64,000 bases of DNA, taken from assembly GCA_025061115.1 (NCBI GenBank), contig JANZKC010000001.1, positions 1-64,000 of the forward strand, in the 5' to 3' direction. Source of the DNA: Candidatus Culexmicrobium cathedralense (GTDB lineage: Archaea; Thermoproteota; Methanomethylicia; Culexarchaeales; Culexmicrobiaceae). Within the stretch, counting starts at the first letter, position 1. Every line of letters begins with the position of its first letter. Positions 30,383 to 39,872 of this stretch are shown here, in pieces. A program made the position numbers and the translations under genes. The notes under the pieces were generated by a model. That model had not been told where the DNA came from. It saw only the letters and a program-made list of their open reading frames with translations, and made no database searches.

Positions 30383-30967
30383 TTAGGCAAAACTCCTCGA
30401 CCAGACAAGTAGTGCCAATTCGGCCAGTCTCGAGGCATGTTTCTCAGCATCCGTAAAAGCCCTTGTATCGCTGAGTATCTCACCGTAGTCAAATGCAATA
30501 CCCATGACCCCCCTGTCACCTATGATCATCCTATGCTTCAACCCCCAGTTATGTATGCATGTGAGAGCCGAGTCTAGACCGTAGCCTCTTCCAACAACTA
30601 TTGATCCAAGCACCTTATTCTTCAACCTACCCCTAATACACCACGTACGATCCATGAATATCTTAGTTAACGTTGAAACATTATCGAAGTTCACGGGCGA
30701 AGCAACAACGATCACGTGAGCCTCTAAGAGCAAGGGTATAATCTTCCCAGTCATATCATCATCTATGCAACAACACCCGGACTCCAAGCACTTCCTACAA
30801 CTATAACATGGCTTAACCACGTACTCCCTAAGCCTAACTTTCACACAAGAGAAACCCCCGTCTCCCAATTTGTCCAGTACGCGGTCGAGGAGAATCTCAG
30901 TATTACTCCTAGTCCTCGGACTACCGAGAACACCCACAACTCTCAAGGAATTCGAACCTCTAACCAT
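30383..30967 (-). CDS. Iron-sulfur flavoprotein / NAD(P)H-dependent FMN reductase (flavodoxin family)
   Basis: GSPRTRSNT, CYSCRKC...C, ASPV; GGTGAGG RBS before the ATG at 30967. Confidence 0.9.
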   Translation of the reverse strand: MVRGSNSLRVVGVLGSPRTRSNTEILLDRVLDKLGDGGFSCVKVRLREYVVKPCYSCRKCLESGCCCIDDDMTGKIIPLLLEAHVIVVASPVNFDNVSTLTKIFMDRTWCIRGRLKNKVLGSIVVGRGYGLDSALTCIHNWGLKHRMIIGDRGVMGIAFDYGEILSDTRAFTDAEKHASRLAELALLVWSRSFA

Positions 30968-31288
30968 GAAAACCTCACCCTCACAAACTCGAACACACAC
31001 TCAAATTTAAAATAATTTGTTTAAGACATTGGGTAATCTTCCTTTCCTAAAATCTCTATTAATTATTCTTTTTTCCAAGGTTTCAGCATTTTCAAGGGGT
31101 TGCTCTGTAATAACCATAACACTACATGATAAATGCTACTGGGGAAGTTTTCTTATTAGAAAACTTCTCATTAAATTTTTACCATAACAGTTGTCATAAC
31201 CTTTACAATTAATTATTTCTCTATAAATTTTTTCAGGATTTAATACAGTCAAACATATCACAAAGGTATATTTTACTTTAATTTATAT

Positions 31289-31516
31289 TTAAAATTTATT
31301 TTTTAAAGAAAAAGAATTAAGGAAATTTACCGTCAACTCTAATGGTGAATCCAGCTTAGAGCCGTCAGCTTCAATAACTTTAACAGTTAAACTGGTGATA
31401 TCAACTGTACCTACATTTTTCAGTGTTATTTCTGCTCTACCAGTATCAACTGCAGCTCTAAAACCCCAAGTATAAATTGCAACACCAACACCAATCACTA
31501 GTCCTAAAGCTAGCAC
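31289..31516 (-). pseudogene. Archaeal pilin/flagellin-like fragment
   Basis: Hydrophobic helix + IYTWG, then ITLKNVGTVDITSLTV; signal peptide and C-terminus missing. Confidence 0.45.
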
Positions 31517-31716
31517 TATCGCAGATTATTTTTGCGAGATTCTTCATAAGTTAAGAGGTTGGGATGGTGGCTAGCGGTATGTTGAAATTGCTTTGTCCTC
31601 ATAGTAATTTTACAGATGATGATTTGAAAATATGCATAGAAACACCATAGCGGTTGTTATTCAGGAGCAGATTCCTTATGGATCTTAAGTATTATTAATT
31701 CAAGTTGTCCATTAAA

Positions 31717-33765
31717 TTAATTTGCTGAGGCATTATTAACTATTCTACCCATGATTTTTTTCCAGGTGTATATTGATTTTTTGTCATAGCAGTATTCTAT
31801 GAATTTGTATAGTAGTGTTCCTTTGGCTTTAGTTGTTATTGCTTTACCGTTTCCTAGTACTATTAGTTTGCTTCTTGCTCTTGTGAATGCTACGTTTAGT
31901 CTATGTGGGTCTGTTGGGAATTTTAGTTTGGTTGTGTCTGTGACGCTGAGTATTATGACTTCTTTTTCTCTTCCTTGAAATGCATCCACAGTATTTACTT
32001 CAATTAACTCTTTACCTTTATCTTTAGATAGCTTGTCTATGATTAGTTTTCTTTGAGCTCTGAATGGACTTATGATTCCAATTTCTGATTTGCTTACTCC
32101 ACATCTAATTAGCTCTCTTACTATTTCAACAGCTACTTCAGCTTCTTTTTCATTTAACCTTGAATTATCAACTACTTGATCCACTCCATGAACATGAACA
32201 AATACTACTGGCTTCATACCATTAAGAAATTCATATTTGGGCTTAATTCTTAGATTTAGAACTTTGCTTGAGCACGATTTTGCTGCTTTAATCTTACCTT
32301 CATAAACATATTTTGCTGAGAATCCTATGATGTCCGGATTACTTCTATAGTGAATTTGAAGCCATAAATGTCTATGATCATACTTGTCTTTTAGTCCTGA
32401 AAATGCACTTAAACTTGTTCTCAACTTTAAATCCCTAACCGTCTTAAATATTGGTAATAGCTGTTTGTGGTCTCCAACTACTATCCACTTTTTACCTTTA
32501 ACCATCGCTAGCAGTGCTAGTGTTATTGATGCTTGACTTGCCTCGTCAATAATTACTGTGTCAAATTGAATACCTATGAGTGGGGGGAGCTGAGACTTAA
32601 TTAATGTTGATCCAATTATAGGGATTTCAAATATAAGTTCTTCACATTCCTTCCTTATCATTTGATTTCTAAGCTTAATTAACTCCCTTAACTCCATCTT
32701 GTAGTTACTGATTATTTGCTTTAATCTCCTCTTCTCATGAACGCTCTTAGATCTTCTTAGCTCTTTAATTAAATTCTCAATGGCCTTAGAGTAATCTTTC
32801 ACCTTCTTATCTATCTCTAAAATTTTTTGTCCGAGGCGCTGTCTAGCTTTATAACTTAGCAGATACTTTTTTATGTGTTCAAGAACTTTCTCTGGTCTAC
32901 CAACCCTTAATGTTTTTTCTAATGGAAGAATTTCTACTGCATTATCTACTGCTCTATTAGTGTGTGATGAAATTAGTATTTTCTCGCCTCTCTTCATTAA
33001 CTCATAAGCTATTTTTGCTATAACTCTAGTTTTACCAGTTCCTGGAGGACCAACAATCAATAACAGTTCATTATCGTTAAGAGCTAGTGCAGCCTCAACA
33101 GCTTTAATTTGAGAGAAATCTAGCTCAAAGGCATCCTTAACATCTCTTGTGTTTTCTAATTTATGGTATTTTAATGATGGTTGCTCAAGACTGTCTAAAA
33201 CTAGTTCTATAGCATTTGGGTTGAATATTTGTATAATTGCTCTTTCAACATCTTTTTCTCCCTTTATTTGTTTAATTAAGTCTAATTGAAGATCATAGCT
33301 AATTAATGGTTCATAATCAAAGATTGTTATTGGCATGTCTTCTTTAATTAAATTGCTTGAAGTTAGTACTATTAATGTGTCTGAGTATGAATCAATTACT
33401 GTTCCTAGATATTCTGGTATAATCTCACCTTTAACTTTCAAAATTATTCCTATAGGATCTCCAGCTTGAAATTTCATTGCATACTTTGTCTCTGTTGTAG
33501 CAACTCCGTGAGATACATCGATTACCCTAGCTTCATAAACTTCCTTAAATGCTTCTCTTTTAGCATACCTTCTTTCCTTGCGAATTATCTCTTCTAAATA
33601 ATTTAGATTACTTAGTGATATTGCTGGTACTAATTTCTCTGCTAATTCAATTTGCTTTTTAAATCCACAATAAATGCAGTAAAGATATAGCTCACCATCC
33701 GATCTGCGTAATCTTAACAATCCATCACATTTAGGACAGAAATTAATTATATTCATATACGCCAC
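31717..33765 (-). CDS. UPF1/SMUBP2/DNA2-NAM7-like SF1 helicase with N-terminal Zn ribbon
   Basis: FCPKC...CIYC; GPPGTGKT, HTNRAVDN, IIDEASQ, GDHKQLLP, TVDAFQGREKE, RLNVAFTRAR. Confidence 0.9.
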   Translation of the reverse strand: MAYMNIINFCPKCDGLLRLRRSDGELYLYCIYCGFKKQIELAEKLVPAISLSNLNYLEEIIRKERRYAKREAFKEVYEARVIDVSHGVATTETKYAMKFQAGDPIGIILKVKGEIIPEYLGTVIDSYSDTLIVLTSSNLIKEDMPITIFDYEPLISYDLQLDLIKQIKGEKDVERAIIQIFNPNAIELVLDSLEQPSLKYHKLENTRDVKDAFELDFSQIKAVEAALALNDNELLLIVGPPGTGKTRVIAKIAYELMKRGEKILISSHTNRAVDNAVEILPLEKTLRVGRPEKVLEHIKKYLLSYKARQRLGQKILEIDKKVKDYSKAIENLIKELRRSKSVHEKRRLKQIISNYKMELRELIKLRNQMIRKECEELIFEIPIIGSTLIKSQLPPLIGIQFDTVIIDEASQASITLALLAMVKGKKWIVVGDHKQLLPIFKTVRDLKLRTSLSAFSGLKDKYDHRHLWLQIHYRSNPDIIGFSAKYVYEGKIKAAKSCSSKVLNLRIKPKYEFLNGMKPVVFVHVHGVDQVVDNSRLNEKEAEVAVEIVRELIRCGVSKSEIGIISPFRAQRKLIIDKLSKDKGKELIEVNTVDAFQGREKEVIILSVTDTTKLKFPTDPHRLNVAFTRARSKLIVLGNGKAITTKAKGTLLYKFIEYCYDKKSIYTWKKIMGRIVNNASAN

Positions 33766-33767
33766 CG

Positions 33768-34229
33768 TTAAATACTTAATTTTAAATTGAATTTCTTTTC
33801 AAATGCTTCTTTAATTAAATTAAAGTCGTGATGTGAAACTTCACCAATACCATATCCATCAATGTAATTCTCTATTTTTATAAAGTGGGTTAGTATTGGC
33901 TCTAGTGAGAAGATTATTATTGAAAATTCAATTTTCCATGGAAATAGTACTTTATTCTCTTTAATTTCAGCTGGCCAGATAGGGGTTTGATCATCATAAT
34001 GCTTACTTTTAATTAGACCAATTGCATGAATTTCACCAGTTCCAGCTATTTGAAATGTAGCGGAATCAAATGGTTTAATTTGATTATATAACCTAATGAA
34101 AGCCCTCCAATTTCTCCTCTGCTTATCACCTGCTTCCCTATCCCAAAACCCCCATAACAATCTTTTATATGCAACTTCAATATTGTCAATATTCCTCGAT
34201 GAGAATAGCCAGACTTTCACATAATTCAA
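33768..34229 (-). CDS. EVE-domain protein
   Basis: WLF...N...LWGFW...IKPFD...FQI...IHAIG...TPIWP.E...FPWKIEF; stop lies 2 nt before the helicase ATG. Confidence 0.65.
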   Translation of the reverse strand: MNYVKVWLFSSRNIDNIEVAYKRLLWGFWDREAGDKQRRNWRAFIRLYNQIKPFDSATFQIAGTGEIHAIGLIKSKHYDDQTPIWPAEIKENKVLFPWKIEFSIIIFSLEPILTHFIKIENYIDGYGIGEVSHHDFNLIKEAFEKKFNLKLSI

Positions 34230-34532
34230 TTTCTAAATTGATAAAAATAAGTTTACTGTTTAATTATTATCTCTTTAATAAAGAGCAAGATTGAGCATAA
34301 CGATATGAAGCTGAGAGACTTGGCAAATTAAAGAGGTTACTTCATTGAATTAGAAGGACTGGCTTCTTGGATGATGCCTAATATTTATCCGCCTAGACTT
34401 AAAGTAACAAGCTAACCCCATCTAAGACTTTTGTTATGTTCATAATTCAATGTCGAATTTTTGTTTAGATATTTAAATGATTAGAAGAAAATTTAAAGAA
34501 AAACATATATATCATCGAATTAAAGTTTAGTT

Positions 34533-35129
34533 ATGATGTCTAGTCGAATTTATTATATTGAAAAAGCAATTATGATTCTACTGATATGCGTAGTAATTTT
34601 AGAGGTCTTATTAAGTGCCAATACTTTTGCTTACGAACTTCTAGGTGGGAGGTGGACTGATAGTGATGTAAAGGATCTTTCTTATCGTGTTAAGTCGGGG
34701 ATACCTTATGTAAGTGATATACGTGAAGTGTTTGCAGATGCAGCAGCATCTTGGGAAAACACTGTAGCTTATGGTGTTCCACATTTCTATGAAGTAAGTT
34801 CGGGAGAGAAGATAATTGTGAATGCATATTATGAGGAGTATGGTGCATTAGCATATGCTTATGCGGATCCAAGCCTTTACGCCTATCCTTACGAGTATGC
34901 ATATATTCATGTAAATACATATTACTTAGATGTAGCTTATTACTTGAGTTATGAGCATTTTCAAGGTGTATTGGCACATGAAATAGGTCATATTCTTGGC
35001 TTAGCTCATGAAACAGAGTACGGACCAATAGTTTTAATGTGGCCAACTGATGAATTCTACATTGAATGTGGCATATATGAACCAACACTAGATGAAATTT
35101 ATGGCGTAATGGATCTTTATGGGGGTTAA
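34533..35129 (+). CDS. Secreted matrixin-like metalloprotease
   Basis: Signal peptide; HEIGHILGLAH; LMWP Met-turn; LYG end. Confidence 0.85.
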   Translation: MMSSRIYYIEKAIMILLICVVILEVLLSANTFAYELLGGRWTDSDVKDLSYRVKSGIPYVSDIREVFADAAASWENTVAYGVPHFYEVSSGEKIIVNAYYEEYGALAYAYADPSLYAYPYEYAYIHVNTYYLDVAYYLSYEHFQGVLAHEIGHILGLAHETEYGPIVLMWPTDEFYIECGIYEPTLDEIYGVMDLYGG

Positions 35130-35132
35130 TGC

Positions 35133-35789
35133 ATGGTTAGATTTAAATACTTTATTATTTTGAGTGGTCTAATAGTGGCATTAATGGTCTCTATTGGATC
35201 ATACATTCCAAGAGTTGAGGAATCAGAAAACATTATGATTTATGACATCTCAAATCTAAATAACGTTAAAATCGTTAAAGCATATGCTATCTATCCAAGC
35301 ATCATGTATAAGTCATTGACTTATCAAAAACTTCTTAGTGAAAGAGATTTAATTGCTATTGTAGAAATAAGTTATCCAATAAAAACATACCATGTTATAG
35401 AAAAGAACTTCTACTTTACATTATATAAAGCTAAGGTAATTAAGGTGATAAAGGGACCTAAAAATATTAGTGAAATATATTTGTATCAGATAGGTGGCTA
35501 TAAACCGGAAAGAAATGTTTTCTGGACTCTTGAAGGTCTACCGGTATTTAAGCCGGGTGAAAAATGGCTATTATTTATGAAGAAAATGACTTATGAAATG
35601 AATGCCAAAATAAACTTACCGCCAAACACGTATCATGCTGGAGGTTTAGAAGCAATAAAAGTAATTAATGGGAGAGTTTATTCGATGGATAATTTTGAGA
35701 AAATAGCAGAAATTGTATTGCCAGAACAATTAAAAGTAAAGGGCATACAACTACAAGAGTTCATAAACAGCATTCTAACAAAACCATAA
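35133..35789 (+). CDS. Membrane-anchored partner protein of the protease
   Basis: N-terminal TM; V.KVIKG...Q.GG...PGEKWLLF pattern; 3 nt after the protease stop. Confidence 0.65.
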   Translation: MVRFKYFIILSGLIVALMVSIGSYIPRVEESENIMIYDISNLNNVKIVKAYAIYPSIMYKSLTYQKLLSERDLIAIVEISYPIKTYHVIEKNFYFTLYKAKVIKVIKGPKNISEIYLYQIGGYKPERNVFWTLEGLPVFKPGEKWLLFMKKMTYEMNAKINLPPNTYHAGGLEAIKVINGRVYSMDNFEKIAEIVLPEQLKVKGIQLQEFINSILTKP

Positions 35790-36027
35790 TTTAACTTTAA
35801 CAAATAAAAGTTATTTTCACCTCCATTAAATTGTATAATATTGATGTTGACTGCAAATGAAAAACTCGAACGAAGCTTTTATAATATATATATGCTGTTC
35901 CGGTGACTGCTATTGCTGCTCAGAGAGGATGGAAGTTAGAATTTGCAATTTTTTCTTTAAGATTTAAATTTTATTATAACTTAATTAATAATGAAAAATT
36001 GGAATAAATTGTGTTGGGTGATTTAGC

Positions 36028-36492
36028 GTGAGATTTGAGGGTCATGCTGGTTTGTCTTTGTTGATTGTTTCTGTTGTTTTGTTTATTTTTGATTTTAGAA
36101 ATTATGAATCCATTATAGCTGGTTTGCTTGTTGTTGGTTTTTCTAGTTTACCTGATTTGGATTTAAGTTGGGAAATCCCGCATAGAAGATATACCCATAA
36201 TATTTTGTTTGGATTTATTTCTGGATTAATTTTTGGTTTCTTATTTATGTACAGTGGTTTGAATTTTGTATTAGGTTTTGTAGGTGGTTTTGGTGGAACC
36301 ATATGCCACTTAATTGGCGATAGTTTTACTTTTATGAAGTTTAAGCCATTATGGCCTTTTAGTAATCTCGAAGTTGGTTTGGGCTTTTTTAAGTCAAGCG
36401 ATGTGAAAATTAATGAAGTATTTCTCACTATTGGAGCTCTATCTTTCGTTTTCCTTTATGTGATTAAGCTTGGTATTTTAAAATTTCCTTAA
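36028..36492 (+). CDS. Membrane-bound metal-dependent hydrolase (YdjM/DUF457-like)
   Basis: GH, LPDLD, HRRYTHN, HLIGD.FT, PLWPF. Confidence 0.85.
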   Translation: MRFEGHAGLSLLIVSVVLFIFDFRNYESIIAGLLVVGFSSLPDLDLSWEIPHRRYTHNILFGFISGLIFGFLFMYSGLNFVLGFVGGFGGTICHLIGDSFTFMKFKPLWPFSNLEVGLGFFKSSDVKINEVFLTIGALSFVFLYVIKLGILKFP

Positions 36493-36672
36493 CTATTATT
36501 AATTAATTCTTAAATATTTAATTTTTATATTGTTTAATTGAATTTTATATTAGATGTTTAGTTAGAATTGCTAAATCTTTTTTCTCTAGTGGTTGTTCTA
36601 CTTTTTCTGTTAGGGTTGTTCCGGTTGTTAGTGTTATTTCGATTGTTGTTGGCCATTTTGTTGGTTATTGTT

Positions 36673-36748
36673 AATTGTGCCCCGCCGCTGACACTCGACT
36701 TCATGGTTGGCTTTATGCCTCTTTGTCGAGCTCTTACCGGCGGGGCTG
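36673..36748 (-). ncRNA. Box H/ACA guide RNA, copy 2
   Basis: GCCCCGCCG-GUAAGA-GCUCGAC-AAAGA-GGC-AUAAA-GCC-AACCAUGAA-GUCGAGU-GUCAG-CGGCGGGGC-ACA. Confidence 0.75.
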
Positions 36749-36929
36749 GGTTAAAAGGTGGTGAATGTTAGTATTAAATTTAATTTATTGTGTTGAGGAT
36801 AAGTGAAATTAGTAGTAATTTGGGTTGTTTGATCTTGGGTTATAAAGTGGATTTGCATCAGTCATCTATGTTTTTATGATTTCAATTTTGATTTGTTTAC
36901 TTTGTTTTGTGAAGATATTATGTTTAGGT

Positions 36930-36976
36930 TGATCCCTCCTCTCATGGAGGATGGTTTTCCTCTCGAGCGAGGATCA
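36930..36976 (-). ncRNA. Canonical K-turn hairpin just downstream of vapC
   Basis: CUC-GA-GAGGA-AAACCA-UCCUC-CAU-GA-GAG closed by UGAUCC/GGAUCA. Confidence 0.55.
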
Positions 36977-36985
36977 TCTGTTTGT

Positions 36986-37417
36986 TTATTTTGTTAGTGG
37001 GTATATTATTTTTGTTGTCCAGTTTTCCATGATATTTGTTTTAGTGTTAGTAGTTCTTCGTCGTGGGTGTATATTATTGGGATTCTGTTTGCTATGTAGT
37101 TGGCTATTATTAGGGCGTCTCTTCCGTCGAGGCTGTGTTTTGCTGCTAGGTTTAGGGCTATGTTGCATATTCTTTTTGTGTGGTTGTAGAATTCTATGTA
37201 TGGGTGATGTAGTAACATTTGTAATCTTCTTTTGGCTTCGGATGGTATCCATTTTTGGCTGTATACGAGTATGTAGTATGTTTCGTGTATTACTGTTGGG
37301 TTGATTGCTATGCGGTTTTCTGGTGTTAGGTTAATAGGAGTGTTTTGAGTTTTTGTGTTCTGGATAGGCTGGGTCGAGAGCGTAGCATAGTATGTTAGTG
37401 TCTAGTCTTGTGATCAA
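36986..37417 (-). pseudogene. vapC: Frameshifted VapC (PIN) toxin
   Basis: MITRLDTNILCYALD...VIHE...DGRDALI...IYTHDEEL spread over several frames. Confidence 0.75.
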
Positions 37418-37655
37418 TTAGGTTGGCCTTCATATCGCTTTCATTTTTGATGGTGACCAGTTTTCCGGTTTTCCTGTTCTTGGTGGCTCTGATGTTATTA
37501 TTCTTTTGAATTCTTCTAGAAAGTTTATTGTTTTTCCTGGTTTTAGTATGTAGCCTCTTCTACTTTTCTAGGATGATGGAGTCTCCTATTTCTTCTCTTA
37601 CTTCTCTTGGGAGGTAGATTCGTCCTTTTGAATCTACTTTTAATTTGTACTGCAT
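37418..37655 (-). pseudogene. Disrupted AbrB/MazE-type antitoxin
   Basis: MQYKLKVDSKGRIYLPREVRE, followed by a frameshift and premature stops. Confidence 0.7.
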
Positions 37656-37923
37656 TTCCAACTAATATTTTTGGGATTTTCTTTATCTTTAGTCTTTCGT
37701 GATGGTGTTATTGTTGATTAAGTATGGTTAAACTATATGGACTGATTCGCTGGATTTTATTGGGGTTTAGGCTTTGGATGAAGTTGGAAAGTTTTTGAGA
37801 TGGAGCTTCGTGGTGGGGATTTTGTTTTAAAGTATTGTGGTGCATATACGTTGAGTTGGTTGTGTAGAAATTCTCCGTTTCAAAACTAGTTTTCTCTATT
37901 GATTTTATTATAGAATTGTTAAT

Positions 37924-38364
37924 TTATTGATTAGTTAGCCATGGACTTAAAATCCTATGTCCTTCATTTATTCCTCTTAATTTCTCTACAAGCTCTCTAT
38001 CAATAGTTAATAATTTTACGCCATATCTTTCCGCTAATGCTAGGAATAGTGCATCGTAAACTGTGACTTTAAGTTTTATTGATAGTTTTATGGCTTCCTG
38101 GATATAGTCGAGATCTCTGTGAGTTATGCATATGTTTTTCATGAATTCATGAAGTAATTCGAGATTCTTTAAGACGATATTGCTTGGCTGCTTAAATACC
38201 ATTATTCTCTTCCAAGCGGCATTACTTGTTTCTAGGAAAGCTAGTTCAGGTATGTGAATTTCAATATATCTTTTAACCTCTTTTTCACACCACTCACTAT
38301 AGTCCTCCGGGAAGAACAGTGCGAAGAGAGCTGAGCTGTCAATGACAATGCTTTTAATGCTCAC
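37924..38364 (-). CDS. vapC: VapC PIN-domain toxin
   Basis: IVIDSS, E, VTVYDALF, LLTID. Confidence 0.9.
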   Translation of the reverse strand: MSIKSIVIDSSALFALFFPEDYSEWCEKEVKRYIEIHIPELAFLETSNAAWKRIMVFKQPSNIVLKNLELLHEFMKNICITHRDLDYIQEAIKLSIKLKVTVYDALFLALAERYGVKLLTIDRELVEKLRGINEGHRILSPWLTNQ

Positions 38365-38581
38365 GTTCCCTATCCTCGCGAATCATTCTATCAACTGGTA
38401 CTGGTAGCTTTGATAATTGTCTACGCGCATCACGAGCAGCTTTAAGATATGCTTCCATTAAGATTTCCCTCACCCTTCTAGCAATAAATTGTCTAACCTC
38501 TTTGCTCCAATCAACATTTTCACATTTATCCATCAATTCCTTGAGTCTTTTTGAAACTCTTATGCTTATGACAGTGCTCAT
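38354..38581 (-). CDS. vapB: VapB/CopG-type RHH antitoxin
   Basis: STVISIRV...VDWSKEVR...IREDRE; overlaps vapC. Confidence 0.85.
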   Translation of the reverse strand: MSTVISIRVSKRLKELMDKCENVDWSKEVRQFIARRVREILMEAYLKAARDARRQLSKLPVPVDRMIREDREREH

Positions 38582-38809
38582 AATACATTACCTGTAGACA
38601 ATGAATGTATACTTTAATATAAGCATTTCCTAAACAAATATTAATTTACATTCTCATTTAGTAAGAGCTTAGGCTTTTGCAACTATATTTCCCAACGACC
38701 CAAGAATCTTAGCAACACATAAAGAGGCAGAATATAAATCTTTAACATCAATTTTATAGTCCTCAACAACTTCACTATAGGAGGCACTACTTATGACTGA
38801 AACTTGAAT

Positions 38810-39313
38810 TTATAGTTGTGTTTTAACTATATTTTTATGATCCTCCAGTTGTAGTATGTGTTTCATAATTGTTAGACCAATGTAGGTGATACCTGCTATC
38901 AATATTAGCCATACTCCTATTCCCGGATAGTATTTGTAATACTCCACACCCTCCATTCCCTGAATTACTATTTTCATACTTGAGATAATTGTTCCTGCAA
39001 ACCAGAGGTATGATGAAATTATTGCCGATAAACTACTAATCACCGCAATTTTCCAATCTTTTTTGAAAAGTGATAGCATGCAAAAGAGAATTGATGCTGC
39101 GTAGAGAATGATAGAGGAAATGGCATGTAAAAATCCTTTTTCACTGTAGATTGGTGTTGAAGTATCAAGGAATGAAAAACTTTTAACAATAATAACTTTA
39201 AAACCAGGTTTTATATCATCATACTCGTATGTCCAGGGTAGGAAAGCTGATATTAGTAGAATAATTAGAGTTAAGAGTGATGCTCTATCTGTTATTATCT
39301 TGAGTACTTTTAT
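38810..39313 (-). CDS. Hypothetical four-TM membrane protein (ATA or mutated start)
   Basis: Frame of ORF 39079 is open back to ATA at 39313, 7 nt after GGAGG; FLPW...G.GVWL pattern. Confidence 0.5.
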   Translation of the reverse strand: MKVLKIITDRASLLTLIILLISAFLPWTYEYDDIKPGFKVIIVKSFSFLDTSTPIYSEKGFLHAISSIILYAASILFCMLSLFKKDWKIAVISSLSAIISSYLWFAGTIISSMKIVIQGMEGVEYYKYYPGIGVWLILIAGITYIGLTIMKHILQLEDHKNIVKTQL

Positions 39314-39363
39314 GAAAATCCTCCTACCCTTCTCTATTATGGTGATACCCCCACTGATTTAAG

Positions 39364-39861
39364 TTAATCAACTCCAATAACATAAATATTCTCTACTCCA
39401 TCTGGTTCTGATGGTATTTCATATTCATTTAATGCTATTACCCTTATATTATAATAAGTCCCGCTTGGTGATGTAGATGAATCCCAGTAACCAACCCATA
39501 ATCCTAGAGTTGAGTCATAAAACATTGATTGCCTGCCAGAATTGTAATTCGTATTATAGACATGATAATCCACTGAGCTTATGGTTATTGTAGATGTAAC
39601 TTCAGCTTGAATCTTCACAATTCCAGAAACAGTTTCACCATCGTATGGGTAGACTATATTTACAACCGGTCTTGATACTATTGGATAAAGATATATTACA
39701 CCTCTAATATCCCCTAAATTAAGGTCATGTTTTAATCCAGTATAGTGATAGTACATTACTTGATAATAATTATCATCCAAGTAAAGGTCCTTTAAACCTA
39801 TGACATGGCCTACTTCATGAGTAGCTGCAGTCTGTACATCATAGTCATTCCCATACTTCCC
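39364..39861 (-). pseudogene. C-terminal fragment of a matrixin-like protease with an Ig-like domain
   Basis: In-frame upstream YDVQTAATHEVGHVIGL is preceded by TAA with no start codon; paralogous to 27350-27590. Confidence 0.7.
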
Positions 39862-39872
39862 TTATCACCTTT

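Larger units (their letters stand above)
36673..37023. repeat. Imperfect direct repeat, copy 2
   Basis: Homologous to 25009-25473 with internal indels. Confidence 0.9.

Noticed and set aside
36568-36771. ORF-track 67-aa hydrophobic ORF
   Set aside because: Overlaps the H/ACA RNA antisense; the hydrophobicity comes from G/T skew; not preserved in repeat copy 1
36951-37304. 117-aa Cys/Leu-rich plus-strand ORF (and similar shadow ORFs at 39865-40362, 10016-10651, 25924-26334)
   Set aside because: Antisense or off-frame shadows of real genes or pseudogenes, favoured by the extreme strand skew
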